Assembly (NCBI GenBank): GCA_031269935.1
Contig: JAISYL010000177.1
Coordinates: forward strand, 5,433 to 69,432
Reading direction: 5' to 3'
Length of the DNA: 64,000 nt
Source of the DNA: Planctomycetota bacterium
GTDB lineage: Bacteria > Planctomycetota > SZUA-567
Shown: piece by piece, positions 1-7,697 of the stretch
Numbering within the stretch: position 1 is the stretch's first letter
How the letters are laid out: the number at the start of each line of letters is the position of its first letter
The notes under the pieces: model-generated
Told to the model about the DNA's origin: nothing
The model's database searches: none
What the model saw: only the letters and a program-made list of their open reading frames with translations
Made by a program: the position numbers and the translations under genes

Positions 1-1191
1 GGCGGGGTGGCTGCCGGCCGCCATGAGCAGGTGGTTGATTTGCATGCGGGACAGCGGCGGGAGCCGATTGGCAAGCGCGGGGGAAACGCCGTTCGCCGCC
101 TTGTCCCCCTCCTTCCCGCCCTTCGGAGCGCCGGTTGGAGAAACCTCGCCGCCCAGGCCCCCGGCCATCCCGTTTCGCGGCCGCCGTTCTTCGGCCGATT
201 CCGGCGAATTCCCTTCCGCCGGTTCAATCGGAGGCCGGCGTCCGCGCAGATACCTCTCGACCTCGCGATACAGAATCCCTTCCTCCTCCCCCGGGGTTAT
301 GCGGAAGGTCTGGGCATAGCGCGGCGGCAAATTGATGTTCACCAGGCTTCGGGTGTTCCGAATCATCACTTCGCCAAGAAGGCCGCGCAGCTTTTCGCGG
401 TTTTTGGGATCGCGCGGATTGCCGCGGGTGACGTAGTTCATCCTGAAATCGCGCTCGGTCTTGAGGTGTCCCGGCTCGAGCAGGGTCAGGAGGTTGTACA
501 TTTCGATCAGATCGTTCTGCACCGGAGTGGCGGTGAGGAGGAACAGGTGGCGGCGCTTGAGCTCGTTCACCAGTTTCCAGTTCAGGGTGTTCCGATTTTT
601 GCAATGGTGCGCCTCGTCGACAATGACGAGATCCCACCGGCAGGTGGTGACGGCCGCGAAATGCCGCCGGCTTTTCGCCAGGCCGATGGAGGACAATAAG
701 CGGTCGCTTGAAGCCCAGGCGTCGGCCGTTCCGTCCGGGACGGCGAATTCGAGGCCGAATTTCACCGCCAATTCCTCCCGCCATTGCGTCACCAAAGGCG
801 CCGGCGTCAGGATAAGAACGCGCCGGGCCAGTCCGCGCAGCAAGTATTCCCGCAGCAAAAGGCAGGCTTCGATGGTCTTTCCCAAACCGACTTCATCGGC
901 CAAAAGCACCCGTCCCCGGAAATACCGCAAGACCCGCCGCACCGTTTCGATTTGGTGGGGCATGTGCTCGACTCCGTGCAGGCCTTCGAGACAAAGGAGG
1001 TCGTCGAACCCCCGCAGGAGCTTGAGGCGGGCATGTTCAAGCCGGAGCGTCCAGCCGACCGGATCCGGCGGTTCGGAGCCGGGATTGAAGGGCGGCAGGG
1101 TCAGGCCGACGGGAATGCCGCCGGAAGTCCGGCCGATTGGAACGGCGTCGGCGTTGGGGGCAAGAATACGGGGCATCGAAGGGACTTTCAT
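1..1191 (-). CDS. SNF2/RapA-like superfamily-2 helicase, N-terminal part (gene runs off the left edge)
   Basis: Absent from the ORF track because no stop lies inside the window. Hand translation of the minus strand from ATG 1191-1189 stays open to nt 1. It reads MKVPSMP...LLADEVGLGKTIEACLLLREYL (motif I), WDLVIVDEAHHCKNRNT (DEAH, motif II) and LFLLTATPVQNDLIEMYNLL (motif III). Plus-strand ORFs 7..699 and 461..1243 are its shadows. Confidence 0.8.
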   Translation of the reverse strand, partial: MKVPSMPRILAPNADAVPIGRTSGGIPVGLTLPPFNPGSEPPDPVGWTLRLEHARLKLLRGFDDLLCLEGLHGVEHMPHQIETVRRVLRYFRGRVLLADEVGLGKTIEACLLLREYLLRGLARRVLILTPAPLVTQWREELAVKFGLEFAVPDGTADAWASSDRLLSSIGLAKSRRHFAAVTTCRWDLVIVDEAHHCKNRNTLNWKLVNELKRRHLFLLTATPVQNDLIEMYNLLTLLEPGHLKTERDFRMNYVTRGNPRDPKNREKLRGLLGEVMIRNTRSLVNINLPPRYAQTFRITPGEEEGILYREVERYLRGRRPPIEPAEGNSPESAEERRPRNGMAGGLGGEVSPTGAPKGGKEGDKAANGVSPALANRLPPLSRMQINHLLMAAGSHPA

Positions 1192-1420
1192 TTCCGTTCG
1201 CGCTTGGGGGGGGAGCCATGGACAACACCTCCCGGGCGCATGACCGGAAAACATGCAAAAATTATTTCGCGTCAATGCCTTGGAGCCGGCAAGGGAAAAC
1301 TCGGGGGGATCATAACGGATTTTCCGGGAATGTCCGTAAAATTTTACGGTTTTCATGGGTTTTATGATTTTCCCCGGCCGGCGAACAACGGCGCGAACGC
1401 CAAGCCATACGAGGCATAAG

Positions 1421-1563
1421 GGTTCGTCCATAAACAACTTATACAAGTTTATACCGCGTCACCAACGTCGCTCCCGCAAATTTTCGCCCAACCTCGAACG
1501 AAAATTTATCGCCGCGACTCGGTTCCTTGTCCAAACATGTATAAGTTATTTATGGACAGAACC
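1421..1563. repeat. Imperfect ~30-bp inverted-repeat pair around an ~80-bp AT-rich spacer
   Basis: Left arm ggttcgtccataaacaacttatacaagttt (1421-1450). The reverse complement of the right arm (1533-1563) is ggttctgtccataaataacttatacatgttt, giving 1 indel and 2 mismatches. An inner aaattttcg/cgaaaattt repeat lies in the spacer. Confidence 0.7.
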
Positions 1564-1692
1564 TAACCATGTCAACCTTATTTCTTTACGGGCCCCAAAG
1601 CGCGAGACCCGGGGTAATATACCCATGGCGAAGCGTTGGAAAATTTTCATTCGCGGAAGCCGCGAATGACCCGGGCGGCATCGCGGCAATGA

Positions 1693-1720
1693 TTGACGCC
1701 GGGGGGATTTCGCCTATAAT
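1693..1720 (+). promoter_or_regulatory. Sigma70-like promoter upstream of secA
   Basis: TTGACG (1693-1698), 16-nt spacer, TATAAT (1715-1720), about 50 nt before the secA ATG. GAGGA lies just upstream of the ATG. Confidence 0.45.
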
Positions 1721-1770
1721 TGTCGCGATTCGGCGTAACTCTTGATAAAAATTGAATTTGAGGATGCGCG

Positions 1771-4700
1771 ATGTCAATCAGCGATTCGATTCTTGAAAAT
1801 TTGTCCCGGGTCTTTTCGGTTGTTTTCGGTTCCGCCAATGATCGGGAATTGAGGCGGCTTTGGCCCCGGGTTCTGGAAGTGAGGGATGCCTGGGAAAAAA
1901 TACGCGGATTGCCGGACTCCGAAATAAAGGCGAAAACCTCCGAATTCCGCCGCCGGCTGTTGGCCGGCGAAACCGAGGACGCCATCCTGCCGGAGGCGTT
2001 CGCCGCGGTTCGGGAGGCTTCCCACCGCACCCTCGGGGGGGGAATGCTGGTGGATGCCGCCTACGACGAAATTGTCATGGAGGGGGGCAAATTCGCTTAC
2101 AAGCCGGTGGAGGGAAAAATACGCCTCTTCGCCCATTTCGACGTCCAGGTATTGGGGGGAATCGTCCTGAAGGAGGGGAAAATCGCCGAAATGGTCACCG
2201 GCGAGGGGAAAACCCTGGTCGCCACGCTTCCCAGCTATCTGAAGGCGCTGCGTCCCGCCGACTCCTGGATCAAGCTGGCCGGCCGGGAACAGGGGGACGA
2301 TTCGACGGGATGGATTTTCCAGCCCTACGGATTGTTCCGGGACGAAAACGGGGTCGAGGAATGGCGTTTGCTGGAACGTCTTTGGCCGGAGGCGGGCGAG
2401 GAGCGGATGTTTCGCCGGCCGGAGATCATCGTCCCCGTCTCCCGGGGGGTGCACGTGGTGACGGTCAACGACTATCTGGCCAAGCGCGACAGCGAGTACA
2501 ACCGGCCGCTTTTCGAATTTCTGGACATGCGGGTGGGCGCCATCCAATCCGGCATGGATTCCGAGGAGCGCTATCCCGTTTACCGGGGGGACGTGGTTTA
2601 CGGCACCAATTCGGAATTCGGCTTCGACTATCTGCGGGACAACCTCAAGGTCCGGGCCGAGGATCAGGTGCAGGCGGATCGCCATTACGCCATAGTCGAC
2701 GAGGTCGATTCGGTGCTTATCGACGAGGCCAGGACGCCGCTGATCATTTCCGGTTCGACCCACCAAACGGCCGACAAGTATTACGACGCCGACCGGGTGG
2801 CCCGCAAACTCAAGGGGGGCGAACAGAACCGGCTCGAGGACAGCATCGCCGAAATCATGCGGGGCGAGGGGCTGCAGCGCGAGGACGCCAGGGTCCGGGC
2901 CGAGGAGGCCTGGGACTACGTTTACTCGGAACGCGATCATTCGGCCAAGCTGACCGAACGGGGGATGCACCAGGTTCTCCGTCTCCTGGGCATGCGGGAC
3001 ATTTACTCCGGCGAGAATCTCGACATGCCGCACTACATCGACAACGCCCTGCGCGCCCACGCGCTTTACAAAAAGGATCACCACTACATCGTCCGCGACG
3101 GCGAGGTGTTCATCGTCGACGAGTTCACCGGCCGGGTCATGGAGGGCAGGCGCTGGTCGGACGGCCTCCACCAGGCGGTGGAGGCGAAGGAGCAGTTGGC
3201 CATAAAGGAGGAATCGCAGACCGTGGCCACCATAACCTACCAAAACTTCTTCCGCCTCTACGACAGCCTGGCTGGCATGACCGGCACCGCCATGACCGAA
3301 GCCAAGGAATTCGATCGCATCTACCGCCTGGGGGTGGTGGCCATACCCACCAATCGTCCGCTCCGGCGCATCAATTATCCGGATCTGGTCTACGGCACCC
3401 TGGGCGAAAAATACAACGCCATAATCGAGCACGTCGCCGACGTCCACGCCTCCGGGCAACCCATCCTCATCGGCACCGTCTCCATCGAGCGGTCGGAAAT
3501 CATTTCCCAAATGCTGGACAGGCGGGGCATCGTCCACGAGGTGCTTAACGCGAAGAATCATGCCCGGGAGGCGCTTATCATCGCCGAGGCGGGCAAGATG
3601 GGCGCGGTCACGGTGGCCACCAACATGGCGGGGCGGGGCACCGACATCAAATTGGGAAGCTTCACCCGGAGCGAGCTGTTGGAGCATTGGCGGCGGCGGG
3701 ACATCGCCCCCAAAAAGGGGGCGGAAGCCGATTCGCCGCCCGAAGCCCTTAACCGGGTCCTGCTTGAGCATTGGGTCGACCATTACCTCCGCTTCCCGGA
3801 AAGCAAGTCCCGGGAGGTCAAATTCGCCGACCGGAGGCCGGACGAATGGGAGGCCGAACTCGGGGCGTTCTGGAGGGAATGCGGCGTACACGGGCCCGCC
3901 CTGGTCGAAACGGTGGCGGGGTTGGGAGGGCTCCATATCGTCGGAACCGAGCGGCACGAGGCGCGGCGGATCGACAACCAGCTTCGGGGCCGCTCCGGCC
4001 GCCAGGGGGATCCCGGCTCCAGCCGGTTTTTCCTCTCCCTCGAGGACGACACCATGCGCATGTTCGCCGCCGACAAGGTCAAGCGCTTCATGCAATGGGC
4101 CGGCTTGCGGGACGGGATTCCCATCGAGTCCAGGATGGTGAGCCGGACGGTCGAGAACGCCCAGCGCAAGGTGGAGGAGCGGAATTTCGAGATCCGCAAG
4201 AACCTGCTCGAATACGATCAGGTGATGAATGAGCAGCGCCTAGTGGTCTACGGCCTCCGGCAGCGATGGGTGGAGGGGGAAGGCCTCAGGGAATCGATCC
4301 TGGAATACTCGGCCAATTTCATCGCCCGCCAGGCGAGGGATCTGCTGGCCGCTCCGGCGGAGGAATGGGATTTCGTCGGGCTGGCCGAGCAATTGCGCAA
4401 TTTTTTCCCGATTGCCCCCGATCCGGAGAGAATGCGGGCCCTGGCCGGAGGCGGCGAGGAAAAACTTTCCTCCCACCTGACGGAATGCCTGGAAGAGGCC
4501 TATGCCGCCCGGGAGGCCCGGCTGGGGCCGGAGGTCACCCGGATGATTGAGAAACTGATCCTTTTGGAAACGATCGACCGCAAATGGATGGATCACCTTT
4601 ACGCCATGGATTTGCTGAAGGACGCCATACATCTGCGCAGTTTGGGGCAACAGGATCCCAAGACCCGGTACAAGATAGAGGGATTCGAAATGTTCCAGGA

Positions 4701-4980
4701 AATGTGGGGACATTTCGAAAACGAGGTGGCCCAGTTGGCGATGAGGGTTAATCCCGCCCCGGTCGACCGGGACATGCGGCCCAAGGAGAGGATCCGGGCG
4801 GCGGAGACGGCGCGGCGGGATTTCGCCTCGCGGGCGGATTCGGCCAACCAGGTCGGAGCCGAGGCGGGCGGACCGGGTCGGGCGACCATCCGCAACGCCG
4901 GGAGGAAAATCGGCCCCAACGACCCCTGTCCCTGCGGAAGCGGCAAAAAATACAAGAAATGCTGCGGAAGGAAGCGCTGA
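1771..4980 (+). CDS. secA: Preprotein translocase ATPase SecA
   Basis: 1069-aa ORF with [11 protein letters not shown] (Walker A), [53 protein letters not shown] and the C-terminal zinc finger [14 protein letters not shown]. Confidence 0.97.
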   Translation: [1069 protein letters not shown]

Positions 4981-6342
4981 ATGAATCCGCTCGATTTGGC
5001 CTATGCCCTGACCATCGGCCCGCATTTCTGCTGGCATCGCCTGATCACCGGACGCTATGGCCCCAAGGCCATGGAAAAAACCGGCCGGGTTCCCGACCGT
5101 TTCCGCTCCTCCGCCACGGCGGCCATGGGGACCGGGGCCAATTTCCGCGAATTCCCCTGCCTTTGGCTGCATGCCGTCAGCGTGGGGGAGGTGGTGGCGG
5201 GGGCGGAACTCGGCAAGATGTTCCTCGCCGACAACAGCCTTTGGGATATCCGCGTGTCCACCACCACCCTGACCGGCCGCCGGGTGGCGGAAAAGCATTT
5301 CGGCGCGGAAAACGTCGTTTACTATCCCCTGGACTTTTCCGGCATGGTCGCCCGCGCCTTCGACCGGCTTCGTCCCGCCCTGGCGGTCATGATGGAACTT
5401 GAAATCTGGCCGAATTTCCTGGACGAGGCGGCACGGCGCGGGATCCCGGTCGCGGTGGCCAACGCCAGAATCACCGAGAAATCGCTTCGCCGCCTGTCCC
5501 TGATCCCCCGGGTGGCCAGGCGCATGGCCATGTCGGTGTCCGAATGGTATGCCCAGACCCCGGAATACGCCGACCGGTTGAGGCGCCTCGGGGTTCCAGA
5601 AGGCCGAATCGAGGTGACCGGTTCGATTAAATACGATTCGGTGCCGGAGACCTTGAATCCGGAAGGCGGGAAATTTTACCGGAGACTTTTCGGTTGCGGC
5701 GATCTTTTTCTCCACGAGGGCGGGAAGACGGCCCTGGTCGTGGCCGGAAGCACCCATCCCGGCGAGGAGACGGCTTTTCTGGAGGCGATGCGCGGCGCCG
5801 TCCCCCCTGGCGGCGCCCGCCCGGCGGTTGTACTCGCCCCTCGGCATCCGGAACGTTTGGACGAGGTGGAAAGGGTTGCCTCCGGATTCGGCCGGGTGGC
5901 CCGGCGCAGCCGGCTAGGGGATTGCCCGCCGCCCGGCGGCAATCCGGAACCCGGGGCCGGCATATTTCTCCTGGATACCATGGGGGAATTGATGAATATC
6001 TACGCCGCGGCCGATCTGGCGTTTGTCGGCGGATCCCTCGTCAATCGCGGCGGGCACAATTTCCTGGAACCCTGCGGCTTGGGAAAACCCACCCTGGTGG
6101 GTCCGAGCTTGTGGAATTTCACCGAGCCGGCCGAGCTTCTCCTCGGGCTGGGTTTTCTCCGCCGGGTCGGCGGGGGAGGGGAGGAGTTGCGGCTGGCTTT
6201 GCGGGAATGGCTCGAACATCCGGCCGCGGCGGCCGCCCTGGGGGAAAGAGCGAGGGGCGAGCTTCTCAAACACCGGGGCGCCACCAGGCGCATGGCCGAT
6301 CGTTTGCGGAAATTGGCCGGGAGCCGGACGGCCGATGCCTGA
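4981..6342 (+). CDS. waaA: 3-deoxy-D-manno-octulosonic acid (Kdo) transferase
   Basis: The ATG abuts the secA TGA. Blocks LWLHAVSVGEV, MELEIWPN, VANARI and TGSIKYD align with E. coli WaaA/KdtA. Confidence 0.9.
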   Translation: MNPLDLAYALTIGPHFCWHRLITGRYGPKAMEKTGRVPDRFRSSATAAMGTGANFREFPCLWLHAVSVGEVVAGAELGKMFLADNSLWDIRVSTTTLTGRRVAEKHFGAENVVYYPLDFSGMVARAFDRLRPALAVMMELEIWPNFLDEAARRGIPVAVANARITEKSLRRLSLIPRVARRMAMSVSEWYAQTPEYADRLRRLGVPEGRIEVTGSIKYDSVPETLNPEGGKFYRRLFGCGDLFLHEGGKTALVVAGSTHPGEETAFLEAMRGAVPPGGARPAVVLAPRHPERLDEVERVASGFGRVARRSRLGDCPPPGGNPEPGAGIFLLDTMGELMNIYAAADLAFVGGSLVNRGGHNFLEPCGLGKPTLVGPSLWNFTEPAELLLGLGFLRRVGGGGEELRLALREWLEHPAAAAALGERARGELLKHRGATRRMADRLRKLAGSRTADA

Positions 6343-6477
6343 GGCGCTGTGGACGAATTGATATACCGGCCAAGGGCGCGGAAATAAGAGCCTATCCCAA
6401 TAGAGAGCTAATGATTCCATAACCATAGGCAAATACGCCAGTTGCCATGTGCAATATTCCCTATCGGGATAGGATCT

Positions 6478-6552
6478 AAATAACATTTGCCACTTCGGCC
6501 TGAAAAACCCCGCGGGCGTTGAACCGCCGCGCCCCAATGCAAGCGTTATTTC
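6478..6552. repeat. Short structured repeat, family 2, copy A
   Basis: Shares the blocks cttcggcNtgaaaa, ccccgcggg, gccgcgccccRatgYaa and ttatttc with 18301-18378. The ends (aaataa / ttattt) are complementary. Confidence 0.6.
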
Positions 6553-7443
6553 TTTAGGGACGAGCCCTTACGCGATCCAACGTCCTCGTGGCCGGCGTTT
6601 TCGGGTGCTAGCCATGAGCGCTTGAAGAACAGGCCCGCGGCTTCAAGATAGCCCCCCCCGCGAACTCACGGCCATTCCGGCCAGACTCAAGTCTTCATTA
6701 ATTCGAGGGAAAAAGGGAAAAACAAGGCGCTCAAATTGTCACTATGCGTTGGCGCGTAAATGGTAGCGTCAAGGGGGAAGGGATTGGGCAAAAAACTGAA
6801 ATAGGGCTGAATCGATTCGGTCTTTCCGGCCGATAAGAGAATTGAAGAAAGTTGAATCTGGTTGAAAACGAACGTCCCGCCGGGTCTTCGGTTTGTCGGC
6901 AAACCAGTCCGAACCGAGGGAAAATTTCTCAAGGAGATGGAGACGTGAACGAAAAAACCATGTCGTCTAAACTGGTTATACCCAGAGGAACCAAATTCCG
7001 GAAAATCAACCTTTCCCGCAAAGCGGCGCGTTGCCCGCGCTGCAATCAAATATCCAAAAGGCATTCCCTGGGACGCAGGCTTTTGCGGGAAGTGGGAATT
7101 TCCGGGCCCACCGTGCTGGAAGTCACTTACTCCAAACATTACTGCGAGCATTGCCAAAAGCATTTTTCCCTGCCCATGGATCACTTGGCGCTCCCTTCCG
7201 GCCGATTCACCAACCGGGTAAGGAAAACCGCGGTCGAACTGGTAATCAAGCAGGCGCTGACCCTGGAAAAAGCCGCGCAGCGCATGCGGCTCAAATATTA
7301 TGTACACATTCCCCCCACCACCCTGCATGATTGGGTGGTGGCGGAATTGACCTCGGTGTGATCATTTGAAACTCCCCCGACGGGCAACCGCCGCGCAATT
7401 TTAGGTTTCATGGTTGGATCGCGTAAAGAAACAACCGTTATGT
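6546..7443. mobile_element. Possible IS remnant bounded by gapped inverted repeats
   Basis: Left end is gcgttatttcttta[gggacgagccc]ttacgcgatccaac (6546-6583). The reverse complement of the right end (7411-7443) is aaacataacggttgtttctttacgcgatccaacc. These ends enclose the transposase-like ORF. No DDE domain and no clear target duplication were seen. Confidence 0.3.
6945..7361 (+). CDS. ISL3-type transposase N-terminal zinc-finger/HTH region only (no catalytic domain)
   Basis: AAGGAG 8 nt before GTG 6945 (an in-frame ATG lies at 6960). The pattern CPRCN...HSLGRR..REV...(x)...YSKHYCEHCQKHF, followed by RFTNRVRKTAVELV...TLEKAAQRM..., matches the zf-ISL3 plus HTH layout. The ORF stops after ~139 aa, whereas full ISL3 transposases are about 400 aa. 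Confidence 0.45.
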   Translation: MNEKTMSSKLVIPRGTKFRKINLSRKAARCPRCNQISKRHSLGRRLLREVGISGPTVLEVTYSKHYCEHCQKHFSLPMDHLALPSGRFTNRVRKTAVELVIKQALTLEKAAQRMRLKYYVHIPPTTLHDWVVAELTSV

Positions 7444-7501
7444 TTATACTCGCTCCCCCAAGTCCAAATCGAAGATTTGGACTTGGGGGAGCGAGTATAA
7501 A
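7443..7501. repeat. Perfect 28-bp-stem palindrome with 3-nt loop
   Basis: All 28 positions of 7443-7470 pair with 7474-7501 (tttatactcgctcccccaagtccaaatc gaa gatttggacttgggggagcgagtataaa). No T-run follows on either strand. Confidence 0.9.
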
Positions 7502-7579
7502 GTCGGACATTATAGGGGTCCCCTCAACCCGCCCAGGTTCGCACTCCGGCTTAAAACCCTTCCCAGGCGCGGTATAAGC

Positions 7580-7608
7580 TTGACAGTCCGCCCGCTTGCG
7601 CTTAATAT
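7580..7608 (+). promoter_or_regulatory. Sigma70-like promoter upstream of cheA
   Basis: TTGACA (7580-7585), 17-nt spacer, TAATAT (7603-7608). Confidence 0.5.
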
Positions 7609-7697
7609 ATCAACAGTAGATAGATACATTGTTTCCGTTCTTTACCGGCCGGAAACGGGTTTTTACATGGAATGTTTTCCAGGGGCGGAATCGCGTT

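Noticed and set aside
1774-4095. 773-aa ORF antisense to secA
   Set aside because: Arg/Gly/Pro/Val-rich shadow frame typical of high-GC DNA. It lies entirely inside the well-supported secA gene and has no motif.
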